Virus record (IMG/VR): IMGVR_UViG_3300032053_000008
DNA: 64,000 nt
From: a virus
Direction: 5' to 3' (one strand)
In this document: piece by piece, positions 28,022 through 36,612 of the stretch
Layout: each line of letters starts with the position of its first letter
Position numbering within the stretch: position 1 is the stretch's first letter
Made by a program: the position numbers and the translations under genes
The notes under the pieces: model-generated
What the model was told of the DNA's origin: nothing
Seen by the model: only the letters and a program-made list of their open reading frames with translations
Databases searched by the model: none

Positions 28022-28987
28022 CGTTTTTGGGCCTTTAGTGGGTGGAGCGCCGAAATTTCCTACAGTATTATTAGTAGCTTCCGGGTAAATACCGCTATAT
28101 TGACGAGGAGCCAAATCGCTTCTTGGGTCATCCCCCTGAAGAGGTCTAGCTGGATCATTGCGGTTTTTATCCATAAAGATATTTTCCCTTAGTGCCAAAA
28201 CCTCAAAAGGCATTCTTTCAAGCTTTCTTTCATAGGTTAAGGGATCGGTAACATTTGTAACTCTGATTTCATGTAAGATCTTATCAACTATGAAAAAAGG
28301 AGTATACAAATAACGTACCGCATAAACAGTTTCTCTTCCTATTGTTGGATTATACCCAGGTCTTCTTTGGGTGGTCCATTTAAGCCAGCCCTCAGAAGTA
28401 ATGACAAAATCTTTGTCTTGGGTATATTCTTCGCCATTAGCATCTACAAGGTCCACAACCTTTAGAGCAGGGAATTGCAAACGATCTATTCCAGTTGAAC
28501 TGGCTTCCATGTATTGCATACAAGATACATACATTTCTATGTCAGCTAAATAGAATCTATCCCAAGCTTGCAAAATTACTGGCTCTAAACTATCTTCGTA
28601 ATACCTTGTAACTGTTAAATAAACTGAAGCAAAAGACAGGTTTCCCATATCTTCAGCTTTTGTGTCTTTAGTATTATTATGGAACCAAGCATACACATGT
28701 CCGGAATTTTTGTAAATATATCCATCAGAGTTGCGCGGTCTAAGATTCATTACATCTCTATTGTCACCACGGCTGGCCATACCTCTTGGGTCTGGCAAAG
28801 CTCTTTGATGAACAAGCCTTACTCCGTGAGTTTTGATCAAAAAATCGAATTTGTCTGCATCAAAACTGACCTGAGATTTAGTTAGGTCAATAATGCTTTG
28901 AGGACCTTCAAGAGGCCTATCTACTCTTGGTCTTGGACCATTGTCTGTATGGTCGGTACGACCTTTAGGTGGCTTAGGTGGCTTCAT
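28019..28987 (-). CDS. Head closure/neck protein
   Basis: Neck-cluster position; FD..KFD.LI..HG, WDRFYL, YAVRY patterns of SPO1-like neck proteins. Confidence 0.55.
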   Translation of the reverse strand: MKPPKPPKGRTDHTDNGPRPRVDRPLEGPQSIIDLTKSQVSFDADKFDFLIKTHGVRLVHQRALPDPRGMASRGDNRDVMNLRPRNSDGYIYKNSGHVYAWFHNNTKDTKAEDMGNLSFASVYLTVTRYYEDSLEPVILQAWDRFYLADIEMYVSCMQYMEASSTGIDRLQFPALKVVDLVDANGEEYTQDKDFVITSEGWLKWTTQRRPGYNPTIGRETVYAVRYLYTPFFIVDKILHEIRVTNVTDPLTYERKLERMPFEVLALRENIFMDKNRNDPARPLQGDDPRSDLAPRQYSGIYPEATNNTVGNFGAPPTKGPKT

Positions 28988-29457
28988 CTGAAGTCCTTGT
29001 GACTAAGCAATACGTCAGGTAGAGAGTTAAGGGAAATATTACGTACAACCATTTTACTTTTGTCGGTATATGACAGTTTTTGCAAGTCTTCTTTTTTAGA
29101 CAAACCAATGTCATCTGTTTCCGTGTTGAAAGTGACGTACAAGGGCGAGTCTGGGAAATCTGTTTGAATAGGGGTAGCAAAATATGCCAATAGCTTAGAA
29201 TAAAGATCTATGTCAGATTTCATTAGATCTTCGCTTTTAACCATGTCTTCATTCCACTTGATCTTTGGCTCAGCTTTTTCAGCCATCCACTTAGCTACGG
29301 CTTTGTGGGGAGCCATCGACAGGGTTTTAACCTCAGACTTAGACTTTTGAAAAAAGCAATGCAAACCGCCATGAGTCAAAATGTACATAATAGGGTCTTT
29401 GTCGAAAGTAGCCCCTACGATCTTTTTTTCTGACACTTGATCTAGATCAATTTTCAT
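28984..29457 (-). CDS. Hypothetical protein with KSEDLMKS motif
   Basis: Overlapping start/stop coupling with neighbours. Confidence 0.6.
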   Translation of the reverse strand: MKIDLDQVSEKKIVGATFDKDPIMYILTHGGLHCFFQKSKSEVKTLSMAPHKAVAKWMAEKAEPKIKWNEDMVKSEDLMKSDIDLYSKLLAYFATPIQTDFPDSPLYVTFNTETDDIGLSKKEDLQKLSYTDKSKMVVRNISLNSLPDVLLSHKDFR

Positions 29458-29858
29458 AAAGTAAACATCCTTTTGATTCTATCAAGGAAAGTCGGCTTGT
29501 TGTGTTCTGGTTCGATTTCCTTGTCTTCAAAGGCATTGTCTCTAATAATATGCTCTTTTTGATCTTCTCTGGCCCGATACTCTAACCACTTATAAAAATC
29601 AAAAGAAAAATCAATGCTTTTAGGTAGCTGCAATTGAGTTTTAATTAATGGTTTTTCTTTATTAAAATGGGCCGCCAAATAAGAAGTACTGTTAAAATAC
29701 CTCAATAAGAAAACTTTTGCTTCATCAAGATCTTTTGCTTTGTCTAGCATAAGGCTTATGGATGGGTAACTTTCAACAATTGGTTCCATGTCAGACCAGT
29801 TGTTAACTTTAAACTGTTTTTCTTCATTGCTCATGGTGTTTTTAACTATTAATATCAC
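29454..29858 (-). CDS. Hypothetical protein
   Basis: Operon context. Confidence 0.55.
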   Translation of the reverse strand: MILIVKNTMSNEEKQFKVNNWSDMEPIVESYPSISLMLDKAKDLDEAKVFLLRYFNSTSYLAAHFNKEKPLIKTQLQLPKSIDFSFDFYKWLEYRAREDQKEHIIRDNAFEDKEIEPEHNKPTFLDRIKRMFTL

Positions 29859-31164
29859 CTAAGAATTTCCTTACCTTGTGTGACATAAACGGAGTTAAAT
29901 GTTTGGCCCCATTTGGCATCTTGTCGTCATGGGCAAGTATATCACGGAGTTTAAGTTTGTCTAGGTGTTTATGGTAGTCAGTTTTTTTGCCGTTGTCTTG
30001 CATAAGAGCTTTAGTTATATGAAGTTTGGCTTGGATTCCATTGTCGTTATGTGGAAAATTACCTAATATTTCTAACAATTTATCTTTAGGTATATCATTA
30101 AACTGCTCTTTGCCTGTAGCTGAGCCAACAGCTTCAGATATATCCCATGGATTATGAGTTTTTCCATGCAAAGATTTAGCTACGTGATTTAAAGCTTTGT
30201 CTGGGGTACCATCAAGATATAGAACATTACTTTTGTTTTTTGGTTGATCTGCGGAAATATCCGAAAAGAATGGTTCATGCCCAGCTAAAGTGTCATTTGC
30301 CCATTTAGTCATGGCATCGTGTCTGGATTTATAAGAAGATACTATGTGATTTTTCCAGTCATCATGTTTAATGCCGTTAGCTTCATCAATCAAAGAGCCT
30401 TTAACTTTTGGAGCACTATTTAACCACCAAGATGCTAAATTTTTAGCATGTTGGTGGTCTCTATCGGCCTCTGGAGTAAAACGATATAAAGCACTGTTAC
30501 GCGTTAAGTCTTCCATTGAGTTAGTACCACGATCATAACCAAAAGCGAAAGAGTGATCAATAGCTAGTGGACTGTGATACCCTTTTTGGTCTGGAAGATT
30601 ATTGGCCATTATATTGCCAGAATGTCTGTCAATATTACCTGTAAGGTAGTCCATTACATTAATTTTATTAGCAACAAGTGGATCTATTTGATGTTTTTGA
30701 TGGTTATATTCTTCAGTATTATCAGCAAACTTGTGGACCATTACCGGCATTTCACCAATAGAAGTGCTTAGAGTGTGGTGTTTTACATCTTCGATGTTGT
30801 GGTGTAGGCCAGCCGCTTCGTACATTCTTTTTGTGGCTGAGGTAGCAAATCCACCTAAACCGTTGTTTACTTTAGAGTTATAAGGCTTAACCATAAACGT
30901 ACTGTTTGGCGTTTTGTATACCAGCTTGTCTTCATACCCTTCAGCCATATTTTTAGGCTTGTGGTGTTCGCTAGAAGACACGGCTTGATCAAAGTCCGCA
31001 TGACCGCCAGCAGATTGGGTAGGTTTCAGATATGACGCAGATTCTTCATTGTGGGCCTTACTAGCAAAATCAGTCAATGAGGGCTGGTCTAGCTTTTTAG
31101 CCAGCAACTGTTCAGTAGGTAAGTACTCAGGTTGAGTCCTTAGTGTATACCACGCCTTTATCAT
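29842..31164 (-). CDS. PI3K/PI4K/HipA-like kinase
   Basis: FMVKP catalytic Lys; DYLTGNIDRHSGN catalytic loop; LAIDHSFAF Mg-binding motif. Confidence 0.75.
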   Translation of the reverse strand: MIKAWYTLRTQPEYLPTEQLLAKKLDQPSLTDFASKAHNEESASYLKPTQSAGGHADFDQAVSSSEHHKPKNMAEGYEDKLVYKTPNSTFMVKPYNSKVNNGLGGFATSATKRMYEAAGLHHNIEDVKHHTLSTSIGEMPVMVHKFADNTEEYNHQKHQIDPLVANKINVMDYLTGNIDRHSGNIMANNLPDQKGYHSPLAIDHSFAFGYDRGTNSMEDLTRNSALYRFTPEADRDHQHAKNLASWWLNSAPKVKGSLIDEANGIKHDDWKNHIVSSYKSRHDAMTKWANDTLAGHEPFFSDISADQPKNKSNVLYLDGTPDKALNHVAKSLHGKTHNPWDISEAVGSATGKEQFNDIPKDKLLEILGNFPHNDNGIQAKLHITKALMQDNGKKTDYHKHLDKLKLRDILAHDDKMPNGAKHLTPFMSHKVRKFLGDINS

Positions 31165-32060
31165 ACATGTCCGCTAAAGAATTTGCTGGAAGTTATCTGC
31201 TTGATTCTTTTGATATATTTTTGAGCTTGTTCGTCTGCATTTTTGCGCTTTTCTTGGAGCAAAGAAAACATGTTGTCGTTAACTGATTGGCTAAGACCAT
31301 CGATGCCTAAGGACTGAGTAGCGTACCGGAACTGCGGTATAAGATTATCCAAGACAAGCATGGTAGCCATGCACCCAACAGCTTCATTGATAATAACCGG
31401 CACTTGGCCTTCGGCAGTACCAAAACCGCACACAACTTCAGTGTTCCAATAAGATGGAACCCAGCCGGACTGGCCGATGAACTGCATAATGGTTGCCCCA
31501 CCAGCCGGAGCCGATACGTCAGCTCCAATAGCCGAAAAGGCAGGGTTCAGGGGATTAACAATAAGGGTACCTCTAGAAGCATTAGCCATATCAATCCATT
31601 GATTAGGTATCTTATAGATCAAATTGGTAGCAGGGTACTGGGATGTTTCTTGGTCTGGATTGCTATTATATGCAGCAGCCCTAATAGACAAATCAATAAC
31701 GGTCTGGATGGGTTTATTTGGTACTTCCAGTGTCATAAAAGAGAAGTATAAGTTAGGGTCAAAAGGCAAACGGTACCGGCGCACAACCTGGAATATTTCT
31801 ACCTGACACATCAATTCAAAGTCATTGGCAGCTCTCTGGATAAAGTCCTTAAGCATGGCATTAGTTATTTTTTGCTTAGTTACAGGTGAAGTAAGTGGAA
31901 TACCCCACAAAAAACGATCCATAAGTACATCTGGGGTAATGAATGGCTCAACTCGGGTTAAGCCACTAGCACCCTCCAAGACTTTTTCTGGATATACGGA
32001 ACTAATACCCTTTTTAGAGTTCGGAGCACCATAGTCATTAGTCCCTTTGATCTTGGCCAT
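31161..32060 (-). CDS. Head-tail adaptor protein
   Basis: VPVIINEAVG and SLGIDGLSQS motifs of SPO1-like adaptors. Confidence 0.65.
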   Translation of the reverse strand: MAKIKGTNDYGAPNSKKGISSVYPEKVLEGASGLTRVEPFITPDVLMDRFLWGIPLTSPVTKQKITNAMLKDFIQRAANDFELMCQVEIFQVVRRYRLPFDPNLYFSFMTLEVPNKPIQTVIDLSIRAAAYNSNPDQETSQYPATNLIYKIPNQWIDMANASRGTLIVNPLNPAFSAIGADVSAPAGGATIMQFIGQSGWVPSYWNTEVVCGFGTAEGQVPVIINEAVGCMATMLVLDNLIPQFRYATQSLGIDGLSQSVNDNMFSLLQEKRKNADEQAQKYIKRIKQITSSKFFSGHV

Positions 32061-32062
32061 AA

Positions 32063-32500
32063 TTACACCCTATAAGATTTTTGACCGCTAAGATGTATAG
32101 CCAGGTCTGTAGCTGTTTTAAAGAAAGTCATTTTAGTTTGAGTAGGGGTTAGGTTAGGTGGGGTAACCATGCTAATTTCATCTAGCTGCACCTCAAATCC
32201 GCCAAAGGAAATGCAGTCAGATGGGCCAACAGTTACTTTATAGATAGACTGGTCACCAGCAAAAGCTTGTACACCAACACGCTCAAAAGCATCGGCTTCA
32301 TCTAAACTAGCAAAAAGAACAGTAACTGTGTTGCTGATATCGCCCTGGGGTATATAACGAATAAGCTCACCACTACAGTTTGTTTTGTAGAGTTGAAAAT
32401 ATAGATCCTGGGTGTTGGTCTTTTGGAAATGAAGTTCGTCTTCTACGCAATATTCATTAGGACCACAAACGTTGCTTAGGAACTTGAAATAATACATCAT
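32063..32500 (-). CDS. Hypothetical virion protein
   Basis: Operon context. Confidence 0.55.
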   Translation of the reverse strand: MMYYFKFLSNVCGPNEYCVEDELHFQKTNTQDLYFQLYKTNCSGELIRYIPQGDISNTVTVLFASLDEADAFERVGVQAFAGDQSIYKVTVGPSDCISFGGFEVQLDEISMVTPPNLTPTQTKMTFFKTATDLAIHLSGQKSYRV

Positions 32501-33096
32501 TACTTTGGCCCTTTTTGCATAGGACGATTAAACCCTAAAACAGTTGTGGAAGGTAAAAAACAAAACTCTGGCATACCAATATGGTCTACTAGACCGTATT
32601 TTTTAGCTTGCATAGGAGTCATAAAAAGATCTACGTTGCCTTGACCTTTTATTAATTCTTTCCATTCATCTGCACTAAGTTTGGTATCTTCACCTAGCTG
32701 TTTAATCATCTTTTTATTAAGGTTATCTAGCATTTTAGCTGAATTTTGAAATTCAGCGTTTTTACCCCCTATTTCACTTAGGGAAACTTCATGAACCATA
32801 AAATCTGATTCATGGGTAGCAAAACGATATCCAGCAGAACCGGAAGAGGCTAAAAGAGCACCGCAAGACATTGCTTTACCTACTACAACAGTTGCTACAG
32901 GTTTAGAGGCTCTTTTAATAAGAGATCTCATTGCTTGGCAATTATGATATTGTCCGCCGTAACTATTTATAAATATAGTGATTTCATTAGAGTCTGAAAA
33001 GAACTCTAAAGCATAAAAATGCTGGTAAAACTTTTCTACATCCTCATCTTCAAATTCATTTACCCAAATATAAGGCAGAACGTCTGGGGATGTCAT
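32500..33096 (-). CDS. clpP: ClpP-family serine protease
   Basis: FINSYGG, AMSCG (Ser), MVHE (His), DLFM (Asp), AKKYGLVDHI. Confidence 0.9.
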   Translation of the reverse strand: MTSPDVLPYIWVNEFEDEDVEKFYQHFYALEFFSDSNEITIFINSYGGQYHNCQAMRSLIKRASKPVATVVVGKAMSCGALLASSGSAGYRFATHESDFMVHEVSLSEIGGKNAEFQNSAKMLDNLNKKMIKQLGEDTKLSADEWKELIKGQGNVDLFMTPMQAKKYGLVDHIGMPEFCFLPSTTVLGFNRPMQKGPK

Positions 33097-33104
33097 AAAA
33101 ACTC

Positions 33105-33899
33105 CTAGTCCAGTGATACTGGTTCACCTATGGTAATATTAGGGTCTGATTCGTCTTTTTGTGGGATTTTAACAATAATTTCGGTATGTTGGTGCTCTTT
33201 AAGAGTTCTTTTTAAGAGACCTTCTACAGTTTTCTTTAGCTTAGCCTCAGAAGGGGATTGCTTAAGGTGCTCTTGACGTTTTTTCCTTAAATTGCCGCGC
33301 TTTACGGCTGGAACTAAGTCATCAGCTAAACCTAGATTCACTGCATCTTGGGCTGACATCCAGGCGTCTCTACCTGAACTAAGGAGTTGTTTATAGAATT
33401 TTTCATCCATGATAGAATTGTCAGCATAAAACTTACACATCTTGTCGTGTAACAGGTCGCCTTCAATCATATCAATCTTATTGTTGGTATATTTGTCTTG
33501 CATAAACGAGCTGTGTTCATGCAGCATTATTCTGGTGTTTGGATACAAATACCTTTCATCACACGCAACCATCAAAAGACTGGCAGCAGAACATATCCAG
33601 CCGCCGCCATAGAACTTGATTTGACAACTAGAGGCCAAGATAAAGTCAATAAGATAAAAGGCATCGGCGGTACTTCCACCGCTAGAGTTCATGTACAAAG
33701 AAATTGGGGCTTTGGGGCTATCATGGATCATCCTGTTCATGCCACGTATAGCTGTTTCCACAGTTTTGGAATTAAATGAAGTAAAGTCGTCTTCGTCAAT
33801 ATTGTCAGGGGAAATACCAAAATGAATAATACGATTTTTAGTGTCTATTCCATAGACTAGAAAGTCATCTATTGCTGTCTTTTCTTTCTGTGTCGCCAT
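33105..33899 (-). CDS. clpP: ClpP-family serine protease (second, divergent paralogue)
   Basis: YMNSSGG, CSAA (Ser), MLHE (His), DAWM (Asp), AVNLGLAD; C-terminal extension. Confidence 0.88.
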   Translation of the reverse strand: MATQKEKTAIDDFLVYGIDTKNRIIHFGISPDNIDEDDFTSFNSKTVETAIRGMNRMIHDSPKAPISLYMNSSGGSTADAFYLIDFILASSCQIKFYGGGWICSAASLLMVACDERYLYPNTRIMLHEHSSFMQDKYTNNKIDMIEGDLLHDKMCKFYADNSIMDEKFYKQLLSSGRDAWMSAQDAVNLGLADDLVPAVKRGNLRKKRQEHLKQSPSEAKLKKTVEGLLKRTLKEHQHTEIIVKIPQKDESDPNITIGEPVSLD

Positions 33900-34239
33900 T
33901 AGAATAAACCTTTACCTTAACGGATGTTTCATCTAGCTTGTATGGACTAAGCAACCCGTAACTAAAACATTCTATCCGATTCATTCCAGTTAGGCAAGAA
34001 TCTTTGTTCGTAATAGACTTAAGCGATTGATTATAATAGGTAAAGTATACCGGCTGGTCTGTGTCTATTTCAAGCTTAAAAGAAACATCCTTAGATATCC
34101 AACACTTAAGGTTTTGGTCAAACACCGAACATACACCTATAATCTTGTTTGACTGACATTCCTTTAGTGGGTATAGTGTATTCGAGTCGGCATAAGCCGA
34201 TGGTAGATCTACATCAAAGAAAAAGGTAGCTACGTCCAT
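33865..34239 (-). CDS. Hypothetical protein
   Basis: Start moved to MDVATFF (AGGTG RBS). Confidence 0.45.
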   Translation of the reverse strand: MDVATFFFDVDLPSAYADSNTLYPLKECQSNKIIGVCSVFDQNLKCWISKDVSFKLEIDTDQPVYFTYYNQSLKSITNKDSCLTGMNRIECFSYGLLSPYKLDETSVKVKVYSNGDTERKDSNR

Positions 34240-34247
34240 TTTACACC

Positions 34248-34274
34248 TAAAGTTTTTTGCCAAAGTGCCGATAA
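34248..34274 (+). promoter_or_regulatory. Sigma-28 promoter
   Basis: TAAAGTTT-N11-GCCGATAA exact consensus, 25 nt upstream of ATG 34300. Confidence 0.85.
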
Positions 34275-34299
34275 GGATCTTAACACAGCGAGGTACACC

Positions 34300-34473
34300 A
34301 TGCAACACCTAAGCAAAAATGATCTTTACCTTTTAGCTAGAATTTTAAAAGCTTTTGAAGATATGGGAGCTAGCCCTGAGGATCTGGTCAAAGAAGCGGC
34401 AAATTTGGCCACAAAGCCAAATCTTATATATGACTGGGCTATTACCCTTGATTTGTGGTGGGAAGCTATATGA
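34300..34473 (+). CDS. 57-aa hypothetical protein (below the ORF-track cutoff)
   Basis: GAGGT RBS; MQHLSKNDLYLLARIL...DLWWEAI*; ATGA overlap with the deaminase. Confidence 0.65.
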   Translation: MQHLSKNDLYLLARILKAFEDMGASPEDLVKEAANLATKPNLIYDWAITLDLWWEAI

Positions 34474-34892
34474 GACCTGATTTCCACAGTATTTATATGG
34501 ACCTGGCTAAGTCTATAGCTAAAAGATCTACTTGCTGCCGTAAACAAGTAGGTTCGGTTATCACAACAACCGATCACCGTAAGGTGCTAGCTGTTGGCTA
34601 TAATGGAAATGCAACAGGTTTGGCCAATGGATGCGATGATCCCGAAAAGTCCGGTAGCTGCGGATGCCTACATGCGGAAAACAACAGCGTTATTAACTGT
34701 GATGCCCCAAGAGGGACTGAAAAATACGTTTACGTAACTCTTTTGCCATGTAAGATGTGTGCTAAGACGTTGATTAACCTGGGCAATATCAAAACCGTGT
34801 TTTATTGGGAAGACTACAGAGACAAAACTAGCTTAGATCTCTTTAAGCAAGTTGGAATAGAAGTGATAAAAATGGGGGACGCAAATGAGTGA
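34470..34892 (+). CDS. dCMP deaminase
   Basis: RSTC..KQVG, GYNG, HAE, PCKMC motifs; start moved to MRPDF. Confidence 0.9.
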   Translation: MRPDFHSIYMDLAKSIAKRSTCCRKQVGSVITTTDHRKVLAVGYNGNATGLANGCDDPEKSGSCGCLHAENNSVINCDAPRGTEKYVYVTLLPCKMCAKTLINLGNIKTVFYWEDYRDKTSLDLFKQVGIEVIKMGDANE

Positions 34893-35061
34893 AGTAATTG
34901 AACTGAAAAAGAAAAAAGAAGAAAAAGCTGTGGAAGTTAAGCCTACCGAAGAGCTGTCTTTTGAGGAAGTAGTCAAAAGAAACAAAGAAAACGCTGAAAG
35001 AATGAAAAAAGATCGTGAAAAAGCCAACAAAGGTGTGATCCGCTCTTATCGCCTTAAGTAA
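34885..35061 (+). CDS. 58-aa charged hypothetical protein (below the ORF-track cutoff)
   Basis: GGGGGA RBS; MSEVIELKKK...SFEEVVKRNKENAERMKKDREKANKGVIRSYRLK*. Confidence 0.7.
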   Translation: MSEVIELKKKKEEKAVEVKPTEELSFEEVVKRNKENAERMKKDREKANKGVIRSYRLK

Positions 35062-35089
35062 AAAGAAACGGCTACCACGAAGGTAGCCG
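35060..35089 (-). terminator. Intrinsic terminator, possibly bidirectional
   Basis: CGGCTACC-acgaa-GGTAGCCG stem, followed by TTTCTTTTT on the minus strand. Confidence 0.65.
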
Positions 35090-35153
35090 CCATAAAAGGA
35101 GCGTTGATACACCAAGGGGTTAAACCCCTAATAAAGATTAGACTTTTGACAAT

Positions 35154-35183
35154 AAAAAAGGCCGGGGTTTTAACTCGGCCTTT
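35154..35183 (-). terminator. Intrinsic terminator after the major capsid gene
   Basis: AAAGGCCGGG...CTCGGCCTTT inverted repeat with a T6 tract on the minus strand. Confidence 0.75.
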
Positions 35184-35202
35184 AGCTTATCTGCTGGGCA
35201 GA

Positions 35203-36612
35203 TTAGCTCAAGTTTTGGATCAAGACGTTTTTACGTGGCTCATAGCCAGCAAGTGTCAAGAAGCGGAAGTGAGCTTCTGGGACGCTCAAGTCAGCTACAG
35301 CCAGTTTCAAGCGGCTATATGGTGCAAGTTCACCCATACCCCAGGTGTCTTTCTGGACAAGGTGACCAGTAACGAAGCCTGGGATGCGGTTGCCCAAGTC
35401 AACAAACGCAGTCGAAGCTGGTGTGTCGATTTTGACGCGACCGATATACTTAGCGTCAGAACCATCGGTTTTGAAACCACGGTATACGCTGAAGAACAAA
35501 GTGCCAGCGCCTGGGGAAGCGATAGTAAGGGTGATTTTTTGACCAGCAGTAGCAGCTTGGGTTACAGTAGAGCTACGTGGGGATTCGCCGCGCTCGTTAG
35601 AAGCGGTAACGAAGTAAACGTAGGTAGCAGCAGCCAAAGATCCGCCAGCAGCAGCAGCAGCCGTTGGAACAACAGGAGCATTAGGGGAACCGATGGATGG
35701 ACGCAGTGGAGCAGTTTTACCCGACAAGAATCGGCTGTCTTCCAGAGCGATCGTACCATTAGAAACCCACTGACGACGAAGGTCAGCACCGGAAGCGTCT
35801 TGAGCCGAACCGGCCAAGTGAATACGCTGGATAGAAGCACCGGCATTAGAGCCACCGTTCAAAGCAACAGCTTTGTTATAACCAGCAAGAACGATTGGGT
35901 CAACAAGCAGCAATTCTGCTTTACCCATGTTCATACGGCTACGAACAGCGGAATCTTCAATGATGCCTTGGCTGAGGGAACCGTTTTGGTTGAGGACAAC
36001 CGACTGGTTCGAGCCGTAGGAATCAAACATTAAGTCTTGAGTGTTGAGCAAGTAGTCAGATTGCGTAACTTGGCACTCAACGCCAAGGATGTTTGGCAAT
36101 TCTGGCATAGCAAGTGGGTTACAGTCAAACACACCAGCATTGCTGAAGTCGGCTTTTCCACGGAAAAGATCGAATTCGATGTCGCCAGCCAGTTTCATAG
36201 CTGCGTTTTCAGCTTCACGGTCGGAACCGCCTTTGCCGTCAAACGTGTCAACCATGTTAGCTGCAACAGTTACCCGACGAACGGTCGAGTAAAAGCACAT
36301 TGGCACAGTTGCTCGGATGTAATCACCCGTGTCAACATCACCAATAGCGCCTTCGCGCATAGCCGTTCCACCGAAATGACCGTAGCTTAGCTGACGGTTA
36401 AATTGCATCAAAAGTGTTTTGACTTTTTTAGAGCCAAACATTTTTTGCAATTTAATGTGACTGTCATCGAAAGTCACGTTGTACATAACCGAAGACAGAT
36501 CTTCGATTTGAAGGGCCGAGCCTTGTACAAGCGTACTAGGAGCAGCATTGTACTGACCAGCCGTCAAGGTCTTGACGAGTGATTCTAGTTGTTGATTGAG
36601 ATTGTCAAACAT
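35203..36612 (-). CDS. Major capsid protein (SPO1/Herelleviridae-like)
   Basis: KTLTAG..GSALQIEDL N-terminus, IEFDLFRG, C-terminal L..YEPRKNVLIQNL; Ig-like insertion; follows the scaffold; terminator downstream. Confidence 0.9.
   Translation of the reverse strand: MFDNLNQQLESLVKTLTAGQYNAAPSTLVQGSALQIEDLSSVMYNVTFDDSHIKLQKMFGSKKVKTLLMQFNRQLSYGHFGGTAMREGAIGDVDTGDYIRATVPMCFYSTVRRVTVAANMVDTFDGKGGSDREAENAAMKLAGDIEFDLFRGKADFSNAGVFDCNPLAMPELPNILGVECQVTQSDYLLNTQDLMFDSYGSNQSVVLNQNGSLSQGIIEDSAVRSRMNMGKAELLLVDPIVLAGYNKAVALNGGSNAGASIQRIHLAGSAQDASGADLRRQWVSNGTIALEDSRFLSGKTAPLRPSIGSPNAPVVPTAAAAAGGSLAAATYVYFVTASNERGESPRSSTVTQAATAGQKITLTIASPGAGTLFFSVYRGFKTDGSDAKYIGRVKIDTPASTAFVDLGNRIPGFVTGHLVQKDTWGMGELAPYSRLKLAVADLSVPEAHFRFLTLAGYEPRKNVLIQNLS

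Noticed and set aside
34326-35115. Minus-strand ORFs 34326..34577, 34833..35030 and 34843..35115
   Set aside because: Antisense to the promoter- and RBS-supported plus-strand operon.
35146-35175. TTGACA on the plus strand as an antisense promoter to the capsid gene
   Set aside because: No convincing -10 box at 16-18 nt spacing.
35104-36033. 309-aa plus-strand ORF antisense to the capsid gene, with AAGGAG upstream
   Set aside because: The SD-like sequence is only 2 nt from the TTG, the ORF crosses the capsid terminator and has no motifs; best explained as a shadow of a codon-biased gene.
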